Shown here piece by piece: positions 1 through 9,238 of a stretch of 26,087 bases of DNA (positions are counted from its first letter, which is position 1; every line of letters starts with the position of its first letter). A model generated the notes under the pieces. It ran no database searches. It had not been told where the DNA came from and was given only the letters and a program-made list of their open reading frames with translations. Where the stretch lies: contig JAGHCO010000136.1 in NCBI GenBank assembly GCA_021160405.1, forward strand, positions 1-26,087, read 5' to 3'. Both the position numbers and the translations under genes were made by a program. This DNA is from Candidatus Aerophobota bacterium. Lineage in GTDB: Bacteria > Aerophobota > Aerophobia > Aerophobales > JAGHCO01.

Positions 1-23
1 AGAATAATTGATTTTTTAACCAT
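1..23 (-). CDS. 5' end of a gene running off the left edge (MVKKSII...), divergent from valS
   Basis: ATG at 23-21 on the - strand, preceded by AGGAGG (ctcct near 30-35 on +). Only 7 codons are visible. Confidence 0.45.
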
Positions 24-127
24 TTATTTCCTCCTAAAAATTTAGTAAAAGGTTTACTCTTTCCTCACAACTTTTACTAAATTTTCCATAAATTGTCAAC
101 TAAATTTGACATATCTCTTCATTACTC

Positions 128-156
128 TTGACTATTTTTATCTCTAAGTGTAAGAT
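128..156 (+). promoter_or_regulatory. Putative sigma70-type promoter for valS
   Basis: TTGACT (128-133), 17-nt spacer, TAAGAT (151-156), 24 nt upstream of the valS ATG. Confidence 0.5.
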
Positions 157-180
157 AAAACACAGGGAAAGGATAAATTT

Positions 181-2850
181 ATGGAAAAAAGATACAATCC
201 AAAAGCTGTAGAGGAAAAGTGGGAAAAGTACTGGGAAAGCAAAGATTACTTTTCTCCTCAAAAGGGGAGAAAGAGTGCTGTTTTCTCCATGGTTATGCCT
301 CCCCCTAACATTACAGGAATTTTGCATATGGGTCATGCTTTTAACTCTACAATTCAGGATATTGTGGTTAGATTTAAACGTATGCAGGGATACGAGGTTC
401 TATGGATTCCAGGAATAGACCATGCTGGTATAGCTACCCAGAATGTAGTTGAAAAAGAGCTGTCCCGAGAAGGACTGGATAGAGATAAGCTGGGTAGAGA
501 AGAATTTGCGAAAAGAGTCTGGCAATGGAAGGAAAAATATGGAGAGAGAATCTTCTCTCAACTTAAAAGCTTGGGAGTATCTTGTAGCTGGAGGGATAAA
601 TCCTTTACTATGGATGAGCACCACTGCCAGGCTGTAAGAGAGGCTTTTGTAAGATTATATCAGCAGGGATATATCTACCGAGGAAACTATATAATTAACT
701 GGTGTCCTCGCTGCCAAACAGCTCTATCTGATATTGAGGTGGAATACAGAGAGATAAAGGGAAAGCTTTACTATATAAGATATCCTTTTAAAGTTAATGA
801 AGGATCTATTAAAGATAGAACTAAAAAATTTTTGGTGGTGGCTACTACCAGACCAGAAACTATGCTGGGGGATACTGGGGTAGCAGTAAATCCTCAAGAT
901 GAGCGATTTAAAAATATTAATGGGAAAACTATCATTCTGCCTTTAGTAGGAAGAGAAATTCCTTTAATTTACGATGACTATATAGACCCAGAATTTGGAA
1001 GTGGTGCTCTTAAGGTTACGCCGGCTCATAGCTATGATGATTTTTTAATTGGTGAGAGGCACCATCTTCCTGTTATTAACATATTTAACAAAGACGCCAC
1101 TATAAATGAAAATGGGGGCAAATATCAGGGGCTGGATAGATATAAGGCTAGAGACAGGATACTAAATGATTTAAGGATGCAAGGATACCTGGAGAAAACT
1201 GAGGACCATACTTATAGAGTTGGGCATTGTTACCGATGTGGCACACCGATAGAGCCTTACCTTTCCCTTCAGTGGTTTATTAAAATGAAGGATTTAGCTA
1301 AGGAGGCTATAAAAGTAGTAAAGAGAGGCGAAATTAAATTTGTTCCTTCTTACTGGGAAAAGAGCTATTTTAACTGGCTGGAAAATATCCATGATTGGTG
1401 TATATCTCGCCAGATCTGGTGGGGACACCAAATACCAGTTTGGTACTGCCAGAAATGCGGAAAGATAATTGTCTCTAAGGTTACCCCAACCCACTGCCCT
1501 CAATGCAAATCAACCGATTTAAAGCAAGAGGAGGATGTCTTAGATACCTGGTTTTCTTCAAGTCTTTGGCCATTTTCTACCTTGGGATGGCCCGAGAGAG
1601 GAGATAAATTTGATAGGTTTTATCCTACTTCTCTTTTGTGCAGTGGATGGGATATCCTCTTTTTTTGGGTAGCAAGAATGGTAATGATGGGGTTAAAATT
1701 TACTGAAAAGGTTCCCTTTCATCAGGTTTATATCCATCCCTTAATAGGAGATGAAAAGGGGGAGAAGATGAGCAAATCTAAAGGGAATGTTGTAAATCCC
1801 CTTAAAATGATGGAAAAATACGGAACCGATGCTTTTAGATTTTCTTTAGTGGCTCTTGAAACAGAGACACCTTATCTTCGATTTTCTGAGGATAGAGTAA
1901 GGGGATACAGAAATTTTACTAATAAGATATGGAATGCCTCTCGCTTCTGTTTAATAAACTTAAAAGATTTTGTTCCCTCGGACGATCTTGAAAATCTTGA
2001 ACTTGTAGAACTTTCCGATAGATGGATTTTATCTCGTTACCGAAAAGTAACAGTAGAGGTTACCAAAAAATTAGAGAAATTTGAATTTCCTCAAGCTGCT
2101 CAAATTCTCTATCAGTTTATCTGGGGAGAGTTTTGTGACTGGTATATAGAACTGGTAAAACCTCGTTTACAAGAAAAAGACACCAGCTCTCGCTATGTTG
2201 CTCAGTTTATTCTTTATCGGGTTTTAAAGGGAACATTAAAACTTCTCCACCCTTTCATGCCCTTTATTACTGAAGAGATACATCATCTTTTGCCTCTTTT
2301 GCCAGGAAAACTTGAAGAAAAGGAAAGTATTATGGTCTCTTCCTGGCCAGAGGAAAAAAAAGAAGAAGATAGAGAGGCTGAGGAAAAAATGGGATTTTTA
2401 ATGAGAGTTATCAGTGAAATTAGAAGTATCAAGTCAGAGGTGGGAATTCCTCCCAAAGCTCAAGTTGACCTTTTTATAAAAGATAGAGATGCAAAAGACT
2501 TAGCTATCTTAAAAGAGAACTCTTCCTATATTAAAAATTTAGTGAGAACTAATCAACTCTTTATAGGAGAGAATATATCTAGACCTGATCTATCAGCCTC
2601 CTCAGCGGTGGGTAAGACAGAGATATTTCTTTCCCTTAAAGGATTGGTTAAAATAGAGGAGGAAAGGGAAAGATTAAGGATTAATTTAAAAAAGATTGAT
2701 GAGCAACTTTACCACACTTTAAAGAAGCTCTCTTCCTTAGAGTTTTTAAAGAAAGCTCCTCCAGAGGTGGTGGAAAAGGAGAAAAAGAAAAAGATAGAGC
2801 TGAAACTGCACAGGGAAAAGCTGAGCAAGTATTTGGAGGAAATTAAATGA
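181..2850 (+). CDS. valS: Valine--tRNA ligase
   Basis: 889 aa. PPPNITGILHMGH (HIGH motif), KMSKS, TTRPET editing motif, DTWFSS, C-terminal coiled-coil arm. Confidence 0.97.
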   Translation: MEKRYNPKAVEEKWEKYWESKDYFSPQKGRKSAVFSMVMPPPNITGILHMGHAFNSTIQDIVVRFKRMQGYEVLWIPGIDHAGIATQNVVEKELSREGLDRDKLGREEFAKRVWQWKEKYGERIFSQLKSLGVSCSWRDKSFTMDEHHCQAVREAFVRLYQQGYIYRGNYIINWCPRCQTALSDIEVEYREIKGKLYYIRYPFKVNEGSIKDRTKKFLVVATTRPETMLGDTGVAVNPQDERFKNINGKTIILPLVGREIPLIYDDYIDPEFGSGALKVTPAHSYDDFLIGERHHLPVINIFNKDATINENGGKYQGLDRYKARDRILNDLRMQGYLEKTEDHTYRVGHCYRCGTPIEPYLSLQWFIKMKDLAKEAIKVVKRGEIKFVPSYWEKSYFNWLENIHDWCISRQIWWGHQIPVWYCQKCGKIIVSKVTPTHCPQCKSTDLKQEEDVLDTWFSSSLWPFSTLGWPERGDKFDRFYPTSLLCSGWDILFFWVARMVMMGLKFTEKVPFHQVYIHPLIGDEKGEKMSKSKGNVVNPLKMMEKYGTDAFRFSLVALETETPYLRFSEDRVRGYRNFTNKIWNASRFCLINLKDFVPSDDLENLELVELSDRWILSRYRKVTVEVTKKLEKFEFPQAAQILYQFIWGEFCDWYIELVKPRLQEKDTSSRYVAQFILYRVLKGTLKLLHPFMPFITEEIHHLLPLLPGKLEEKESIMVSSWPEEKKEEDREAEEKMGFLMRVISEIRSIKSEVGIPPKAQVDLFIKDRDAKDLAILKENSSYIKNLVRTNQLFIGENISRPDLSASSAVGKTEIFLSLKGLVKIEEERERLRINLKKIDEQLYHTLKKLSSLEFLKKAPPEVVEKEKKKKIELKLHREKLSKYLEEIK

Positions 2851-3773
2851 AAGAAGAAATTGAGCGAAGCTTAACAAAAGATATGCAAGTTGGAGGTCAG
2901 GCTGTTATAGAGGGTGTAATGATGCGCTCTCCAGAATATGTTTCTGTTGCTGTGCGAAAGGCTAACGGAGAGATTTTAGTTAAAAGGGACCCTTACGTAT
3001 CTCTTTTAAAAAGGTATAAATTTTTAAATATTCCCATAGTTAGAGGAGTAGTAGTTTTAATTGAAACTTTATATATTGGAATAAAGACTCTCACCTTTTC
3101 TGCCGATGTAGCTATTCAGGAAGAAGATGAGGAGGTAGTGGCCAATCCAAAAAAAGAAAAAAAGAGGGAAATTTTTACTACTTTATGGTTAATTCTTACA
3201 GTTTTTCTTGGTGTAGCTCTTGCCCTTCTACTTTTCTTTTATTTACCTTTGATTTTAACTGGTTTTTTAAAAATCCAACAGGGTTTTTTATTTACTCTTA
3301 TTGAGGGATTGATAAGAATAACAATTTTTTTTATTTATCTTTGGCTAATAACTCAGTGGAAAAGTATGAGAAGAATATTTGAGTATCATGGGGCAGAACA
3401 TAAGAGCATTTTTACTCTTGAGGCGGGTGAGGAACTTATTCCAGAAAATGCCAGAAAGTATTCCACTCATCATCCAAGATGCGGAACTAACTTTCTTTTG
3501 ATAGTGATGATAGTAAGCATAGCAGTGTTTATCTTTTTCCCAAGACCTTATACTTTGATGGACCGGTTAATTAGATTTCTTTTTGTTCCCTTAATTGCTG
3601 GTATATCCTATGAGTTAATAAAAATATGCGGTAAAAAGAGAAATAATAAATTGGTAAGAGCCTTAGCTGCCCCTGGTTTATGGCTGCAAAGATTAACCAC
3701 CAAAGAGCCAGATGACGAGCAGCTTCAGGTAGCTATAGCAGCTTTAAAAAGCTCATTAAGCAAAGAGAATTAA
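2847..3773 (+). CDS. DUF1385 (YqhQ-like) membrane protein, putative metal-dependent enzyme
   Basis: GGQAVIEGVMMR, YHGAEHK, HPRCGTNFL and QRLTTKEPDD motifs; several hydrophobic segments; ATGA overlap with the valS stop. Confidence 0.88.
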   Translation: MKEEIERSLTKDMQVGGQAVIEGVMMRSPEYVSVAVRKANGEILVKRDPYVSLLKRYKFLNIPIVRGVVVLIETLYIGIKTLTFSADVAIQEEDEEVVANPKKEKKREIFTTLWLILTVFLGVALALLLFFYLPLILTGFLKIQQGFLFTLIEGLIRITIFFIYLWLITQWKSMRRIFEYHGAEHKSIFTLEAGEELIPENARKYSTHHPRCGTNFLLIVMIVSIAVFIFFPRPYTLMDRLIRFLFVPLIAGISYELIKICGKKRNNKLVRALAAPGLWLQRLTTKEPDDEQLQVAIAALKSSLSKEN

Positions 3774-3925
3774 ACAGAGCTCTGAGAAAAACCCTCTTTC
3801 TTTGCTGCTCGGCGAGGTGTTTTTAAAAAGGTAAGCGGCGATCAAGAAAGATTCTAAATCCGATATAGATTATGTGCTTAAAGTTTTAGAAGAGTATAGG
3901 GATAAATTCTAATTACTATTTAGCC

Positions 3926-3987
3926 AAAGATTTACGCTGATACTTTTCTTTTGTTCATTTACATTAAACCTATCTGCGTTCATCTTT
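3926..3987. repeat. Imperfect 16-bp inverted repeat (REP-like) between the convergent DUF1385 and gcvPB genes
   Basis: aaagatttacgctgat (3926-3941) vs atctgcgttcatcttt (3972-3987): 13/16 complementary; abuts the gcvPB stop. Confidence 0.4.
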
Positions 3988-5436
3988 TTACTCTCTTTCC
4001 CATTTTATTTTTGGATTTCTATTTGCCTGTACCTCATCAAGTCTTAAAACAGGAGTTGTATGAGGAGCCTCCTTTACTAAGGAGGGATTCTCCTCTATTT
4101 CTTTTGCAATTTGCAAAAGAGTATTGATAAATACATCCAGAGTTTCCTTACTCTCTGTTTCGGTAGGCTCAATCATTAAAGCCTCCCCTACTATATGGGG
4201 GAAATAAATGGTAGGAGGATGTATTCCAAAGTCAAGAAGACGTTTGGCGATATCTAAAGTTCTTACTCCCTTTTCTCTTTTATTTTGAGCAGAAAGAACA
4301 CATTCATGCATACAGACTTCCTTGTAGGGAGAAGGGTAGTAATCTTCAAGTTTCTTCCTAATGTAATTAGCAGAAAGTATAGCATTTTCACTTACCTTTC
4401 TTAAACCCTCTTTGCCCAATATTCTTAAATAGCAGTAAGCTTTTATAACTACCCCAACATTGCCATAAAAAGATCTTACCTTTCCTATAGATTTGGGTCT
4501 TTGGTAGTTTAGCCAGTAACCATCCTCATTTTTTTCTATAGTGGGAATGGGCAAATATGGTTCAAGAGCTTTCTTTACTCCTACTGGTCCCGATCCAGGT
4601 CCTCCTCCTCCATGAGGGGTAGAAAAGGTCTTATGAAGATTAAAATGCATTATGTCAACCCCAAAATCCCCTGGTTTAGTTATACCCGTAAGGGCGTTAA
4701 GGTTAGCTCCATCAAGGTAAACAAAACCTCCTTTAGAATGAAGAATATTTGCTATATCAAGAATATTTTTTTCAAATAAACCCAGGGTATTGGGAACGGT
4801 AAGCATTATACAGGCTACTTTTTCATTTACATTTTTAGATAAATGCTTTAAATCCACCTCTCCCTCTGAATTAGACTTTATCTTTACCACTTTAAATCCT
4901 GCTAAAGAAGAGCTGGACGGGTTTGTTCCATGAGCAGAATCAGGAATAAGAATTTTATCCCTCTTTTCTTTTTTATCCTCAAAAAAGGCTTTAACCATTA
5001 ATATACTGGTGCGCTCACCATGGGCTCCTGCTGAAGGTTGAAGAGAGATTTTATCCATCCCTGATATTTTCTCTAACATCTTGCCAGTCTCATAAAGGAT
5101 GTGAAGGATTCCCTGAGTTGTGGATAAAGGCTGGTAAGGATGAAGCTCACAAAGGTGAGGAAGATTAGCTAAGGTTTCATTTATCTTAGGATTGTATTTC
5201 ATAGTGCAGGAACCTAAGGGATAAAAATTAGTATCTATACTCATATTTATTTGAGAAAGCCTGGTAAAATGGCGAACTAAATCAGGCTCGCTCACCTGAG
5301 GAAGACCTAACTCTTTCTTACGCAAGTTATTGGGAGGAATAAATTTTTTTATCTCTTCTTTCCTTAAACCAATCTCAGGCAAAGATACTGCAAATCTTCC
5401 CTTCCTGCTTTTCTCAAAGATTAAAGCTTCACTCAT
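3988..5436 (-). CDS. gcvPB: Glycine dehydrogenase (decarboxylating) subunit 2
   Basis: 482 aa. PLGSCTMKYNP, FNLHKTFSTPHGGGGPG (PLP lysine), EPTETESKETLD. Confidence 0.96.
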   Translation of the reverse strand: MSEALIFEKSRKGRFAVSLPEIGLRKEEIKKFIPPNNLRKKELGLPQVSEPDLVRHFTRLSQINMSIDTNFYPLGSCTMKYNPKINETLANLPHLCELHPYQPLSTTQGILHILYETGKMLEKISGMDKISLQPSAGAHGERTSILMVKAFFEDKKEKRDKILIPDSAHGTNPSSSSLAGFKVVKIKSNSEGEVDLKHLSKNVNEKVACIMLTVPNTLGLFEKNILDIANILHSKGGFVYLDGANLNALTGITKPGDFGVDIMHFNLHKTFSTPHGGGGPGSGPVGVKKALEPYLPIPTIEKNEDGYWLNYQRPKSIGKVRSFYGNVGVVIKAYCYLRILGKEGLRKVSENAILSANYIRKKLEDYYPSPYKEVCMHECVLSAQNKREKGVRTLDIAKRLLDFGIHPPTIYFPHIVGEALMIEPTETESKETLDVFINTLLQIAKEIEENPSLVKEAPHTTPVLRLDEVQANRNPKIKWERE

Positions 5437-6778
5437 TTACCTCTCCCAATAAAGAAATTAATTTATCCATTTCCTCCTTAGTTCTTTTTTCAGTGGTACA
5501 TAACAGAAGGTGGTTTTTAAGCTCAGGATAAAATCTTCCCAAATCCAGTCCTCCTAAAATTTTTTCTTCTAAAAGTTTTTGATTGATCTTTTTAGAAGAA
5601 ATAGGTGCTTTTACTACAAATTCTTTAAAAAAGGGAGCAGAAAAGGGAGATGAGTATCCGGGGAGCTTTTTTATTTTTTCTTTTAAATAATGGGAATTTT
5701 TTAAACAGAGCATCGCTACCTTTTTTAACCCTTCCTCTCCTAAGCAGGAAAGATAAATACAGGCTCTCAAAGCATTTAGATTTTGGTTGGTGCAAATATT
5801 GGAGGTAGCTTTTTCTCTTCTTATATGTTGTTCCCTGGTTTGAAGAATAAGAGTAAACCCTCTTTCTCCCCTTTTATCTTTAGCCTCTCCTACAATTCTT
5901 CCCGGCATTTGACGCAGGAATTCTTTGCGGGTAGTAAAAATTCCCAAACATTCTCCTCCCAGGTAGGGAGGACTGCCAAGAGCTTGTCCTTCTGCCACAG
6001 CAATGTCCGCATTGTACTGTCTGGGAGGGGATAAAAGGCCCAAAGATACGGGGTCGCAACTTACAATATAAAGGGAGCCGAATTTATGGACAATTTTTTC
6101 TATCTGGTTTGTTTTTTCCAGATATCCAAAAAAGTTGGGATTTTGAACAATAACACCTGCTATACTCTCATCTATTTCATCTTGTAGTAGGTTAAGATCC
6201 AGGGTTCCCTCAGAAGTGTAAGGTATTTGAATTAGCTTTATCCCTAAAGGTTTTGTGTAAGTTGAAAGGACCTGATAGTACTCTGGATGCAAGCTTTTAG
6301 CTACTAAAAATTTTTCTCTTTTTCTAATGCGATAGGCCATAAGAGCTGCCTCTGCCAGTGAAGTTGCTCCATCATACATAGAGGCATTGGATACATCCAT
6401 CTGGAAAAGATTACAAATGAGAGTTTGATACTCATAAATAGCCTGCAGGGTTCCTTGAGAAGCCTCAGCCTGATAGGGAGTGTAAGAGGTATAAAATTCT
6501 GAGCGAGAAGCTAAGTGCTCTACTACCGCAGGAACAAAATGATCGTATATACCTCCTCCCAAGAAGGAGATGCATTCCTCTAAGGAAGAGTTTTGTAAGG
6601 AAAGTCTTTTTACCTCTCTGGTAAGCTCCATTTCCGATATACCAGAGGGAAGATTCAAGGGAGAAGTGAGACGAATTTCCTTTGGAACAGTAATTAGCTC
6701 CTCTATTGATTTCACTCCTATTTCAGCTAACATTTGTTGTTGATCTTTTAAGGTATGAGGAATGTATGGTATATCCAT
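5429..6778 (-). CDS. gcvPA: Glycine dehydrogenase (decarboxylating) subunit 1
   Basis: 449 aa. FLGGGIYDH, EFYTSYTPYQAEASQG, HIRREKATSNICTNQ; 8-bp overlap with gcvPB. Confidence 0.96.
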   Translation of the reverse strand: MDIPYIPHTLKDQQQMLAEIGVKSIEELITVPKEIRLTSPLNLPSGISEMELTREVKRLSLQNSSLEECISFLGGGIYDHFVPAVVEHLASRSEFYTSYTPYQAEASQGTLQAIYEYQTLICNLFQMDVSNASMYDGATSLAEAALMAYRIRKREKFLVAKSLHPEYYQVLSTYTKPLGIKLIQIPYTSEGTLDLNLLQDEIDESIAGVIVQNPNFFGYLEKTNQIEKIVHKFGSLYIVSCDPVSLGLLSPPRQYNADIAVAEGQALGSPPYLGGECLGIFTTRKEFLRQMPGRIVGEAKDKRGERGFTLILQTREQHIRREKATSNICTNQNLNALRACIYLSCLGEEGLKKVAMLCLKNSHYLKEKIKKLPGYSSPFSAPFFKEFVVKAPISSKKINQKLLEEKILGGLDLGRFYPELKNHLLLCTTEKRTKEEMDKLISLLGEVNE

Positions 6779-6808
6779 TTTTCTCCTTTTGTTTTTTTGG
6801 CAAACCCA

Positions 6809-7917
6809 TTATCGTCTGCTTTCCTTTTTATATATCCTGGGAACTCTTTTGCCTATACCACATACAAAATAGTGCCTATCTTTGAAACAAGTTCATCTAC
6901 CGAAATTTGAGCATTCTCCTGCCTACCAAACAAACTACCTCATCGTCTACCCTTACATCTGGAATATGACTAACATCTACCAGATTCATATCCATACATA
7001 TCGTTCCCACTACAGGAGCTCTTTTTCCTTTAATAAGTACTTCTCCTTTATTGGATAGGGCTCTGGTGTATCCATCAGCATAGCCTACGGGAAAAGTGGC
7101 AATTATACTTTTTCCTTGGTAGTAAAAATTCTACCGTAGCTAAGACTTACTCCTGCAGGCACAGTTTTTAGATAAGCTACCTCAGTCTTAAATCTCATAA
7201 CAGGCTTAAGGTTAATGGTATGATTTACCTTAGTTGAAGGATATAGTCCATAAAGCATAATCCCTGGTCTTACCAGATCAAAATAAGAGGAATGAATGTT
7301 CAGAATTGCCGCACTGTTATCAGCATGCCTTATAGGGATGTGAATTCTCTCTTCTTCTAAATTAGCAATTACTTTTTTTAAACCTTTTGATCTGTAGTTC
7401 AGTAAAACTTTTATCTTTATCTGCTACCGAAAAATGAGTAAAAATACCTTCTATTTCAATACCTTTCAAGTGAGAAATTTCCTTAACAAAGTCTGTTATT
7501 TTCTCTGGGGTAACTCCCAATCGTCCCATCCCTGTATCTACCTTTATTGAACTTTGACAGTTTGACCCTGGGATTTAGCCTCAGCCGACAAGGCCTTAAC
7601 TAGCTCCATATTACAAACAGCCTGAGATAGCTTATATTTCACTACCTGTTGAACTTGTGCTGGTGGAGATAATCCGAAAACTAAAATTAGTGATTGAATT
7701 CCAGCCTTACGTAACTCCGCCGCTTCCTCAAGTGTAGCCACAGCTAAGCACTGAGCCCCATTTTTTAAGACGATTTTGGCTACCTCTACTGCTCCGTGCC
7801 ATAGCCGTTTGCTTTCACTACTGCCATTATCTTTACTTTATCACCGATTCTCTTGCGAATCTCACTGATATTATAGGTGATATTATCTAAATTAATTTCC
7901 GTCCTTGTAGGTCTCAT
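6809..7917 (-). pseudogene. alr: Alanine racemase pseudogene (about 6 frame-disrupting lesions)
   Basis: Manual translation across frames recovers MRPTRTEINL, MAVVKANGYG(H)GA, VATLEEA, (H)IKVDTGMGRLG, THFS, NSAA, VRPGIMLYG, SYG, VGYADGY, ICMDM, RVPRIY. Indels near 7799, 7547, 7376, 7111, 6933 and 6867. Confidence 0.93.
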
Positions 7918-7960
7918 TTCCCGCCCTTTAAATCCAGAATTTTTAACTTCTGAGGTATTC

Positions 7961-8635
7961 TTAGTACTTTTCAGCCAGCTTTGGATCATAGGGTGCTTTT
8001 CTTTCAATACAGCCTTTTCTGGGACAGAGTTGACAACTGTGAAATTTAATTTCAGTGGGGAAGTAAATTCCAGAGACAGACTTTTTAGGAATCATCAGGA
8101 AACTATTAGTTAAACTCACTCCTATGATTTTTTGACTGTCGCCAAAGATAGAGAATAACTCTTTTTGTTGAGTGATGGGCCAGTCTTCTAAAGAACCTGG
8201 ACTCATAGTGGAGATCTGTCCAAGTTTGTATTTTCTCTTGAGATGCGTTTCCAGATACCTCTGGATATGATCTAAAGCTAAATCCGCTATTCTCTCCAAA
8301 TAGTATTGCTTAAGTAAATCTTTCATTGAGGATGCCTTATCCTCTAATTTCTTTCCAACGGTAATAATGTAAGGAAAAACTCTTTCCAATTTATCCAGAT
8401 TTTTTCTAAGAACCTTGCTTTTAAATTGGACTTTCCCAATATCTAAGGTTATATCTGTTTTATTTTCTACAAAAGCTATCTTATAGACAGCTTTTGGGTT
8501 TATTAAATTAGCAGATAAATCGATAAGTTCTTTTATAAGTTCCCTTTGATTTGCTTGCATCTTATCATTTATCCTGAGATATTTAGATATCTCCTCAAAA
8601 CTAAATTTGATAGGGATGTTACTTAATACTTCCAT
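7961..8635 (-). CDS. Stand-alone B12-dependent methionine synthase activation (AdoMet-binding) domain-like protein
   Basis: 224 aa. FPYIITVG, SPGSLEDWPITQQKELF, IGVSLTNSFLMIPKKSVSGI resemble Met_synt_B12 stand-alone proteins; ends in CQLCPRKGC. Confidence 0.75.
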   Translation of the reverse strand: MEVLSNIPIKFSFEEISKYLRINDKMQANQRELIKELIDLSANLINPKAVYKIAFVENKTDITLDIGKVQFKSKVLRKNLDKLERVFPYIITVGKKLEDKASSMKDLLKQYYLERIADLALDHIQRYLETHLKRKYKLGQISTMSPGSLEDWPITQQKELFSIFGDSQKIIGVSLTNSFLMIPKKSVSGIYFPTEIKFHSCQLCPRKGCIERKAPYDPKLAEKY

Positions 8636-8665
8636 TCTGTTTTCCTTTTTTACACCTGAGCTGTT

Positions 8666-8820
8666 TTAGAGCATATTTTGAATGGTATAGATAATTTTTT
8701 TCTATTTTCCCTTGTTAGCTGAAGTAATTCTATATCTTTTCTTTGTCTTATTTTTTCCAAAAATTCATTTTCATAGATTGGTATAGTAGCTATGACTTTA
8801 TTTGGAGTATCAAGAACTTG
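8666..8820 (-). pseudogene. C-terminal remnant of a THEP1/NTPase_1-type nucleoside triphosphatase
   Basis: VLDTPNKVIATIPIYENEFLEKIRQRKDIELLQLTRENR resembles the THEP1 C-terminus as I recall it (VVATIP...KEIRR....LIELTPENR). No Walker A, own start or RBS is present. Confidence 0.65.
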
Positions 8821-8827
8821 TAAGTCC

Positions 8828-9223
8828 TTATTTTTCCTTTTCCTTTTTTGTCCATTCCTCATAATCCTCAGAGTCCATTAAGTTATTTAGCTCCTCTGGA
8901 TTTTGTAACTTTACTTTAATCATCCAACCTTTACCATAAGGGTCTTTGCTTATTAAATCTATTTGCTGAGACAGTTCCTCGTGAACCTCTACTACTTCAC
9001 CGCTTACAGGAGAGTTTAAATCGGAAACAGCTTTAACTGACTCTATAACACCAAAAGGGGAGCCTTGAGTTATTTTTTCTCCCACCGAGGGAAGTTCTAT
9101 ATATACAAGGTCAGTAAGCTGCTTTGCTGCAAAATCTGTAATTCCAACAGTGCCTACATCATTCTCAACTTTTATCCACTCATGAGTTTTGGTATACTTT
9201 AAGTCCTTAGGGTACATTTTCAT
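8828..9223 (-). CDS. gcvH: Glycine cleavage system H protein
   Basis: 131 aa. YTKTHEW, GITDFA, ESVKAVSD (lipoyl lysine), DPYGKGW; GGAGG RBS. Confidence 0.97.
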   Translation of the reverse strand: MKMYPKDLKYTKTHEWIKVENDVGTVGITDFAAKQLTDLVYIELPSVGEKITQGSPFGVIESVKAVSDLNSPVSGEVVEVHEELSQQIDLISKDPYGKGWMIKVKLQNPEELNNLMDSEDYEEWTKKEKEK

Positions 9224-9238
9224 AAACCTCCGGTAATT

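Noticed and set aside
24-180. T-box leader upstream of valS
   Set aside because: The gap is only about 157 bp and holds divergent promoters; no T-box consensus or terminator is visible.
100-637. Short ORFs 100..336 (-), 400..624 (-), 449..637 (+) and other 60-120 aa ORFs overlapping long genes throughout the window
   Set aside because: They are antisense or alternate-frame shadows of well-supported genes, with no recognisable motifs or RBS.
3781-3912. Codon-like stretch ...IKKDSKSDIDYVLKVLEEYRDKF* after the DUF1385 gene
   Set aside because: It could be a gene remnant, but it has an in-frame stop, no start, and I cannot assign a family.
6809-7917. Programmed frameshifting or phase variation of alr
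   Set aside because: There are about six independent lesions, including non-homopolymer ones and a roughly 10-nt deletion; no single slip restores the protein.
7544-8007. ORFs 7544..7741 and 7786..8007 as separate small genes
   Set aside because: Both are fragments of the alr pseudogene.
8650-8862. 70-aa ORF as a functional gene
   Set aside because: Its start lies inside gcvH in another frame without an RBS; it is better explained as a THEP1 remnant.
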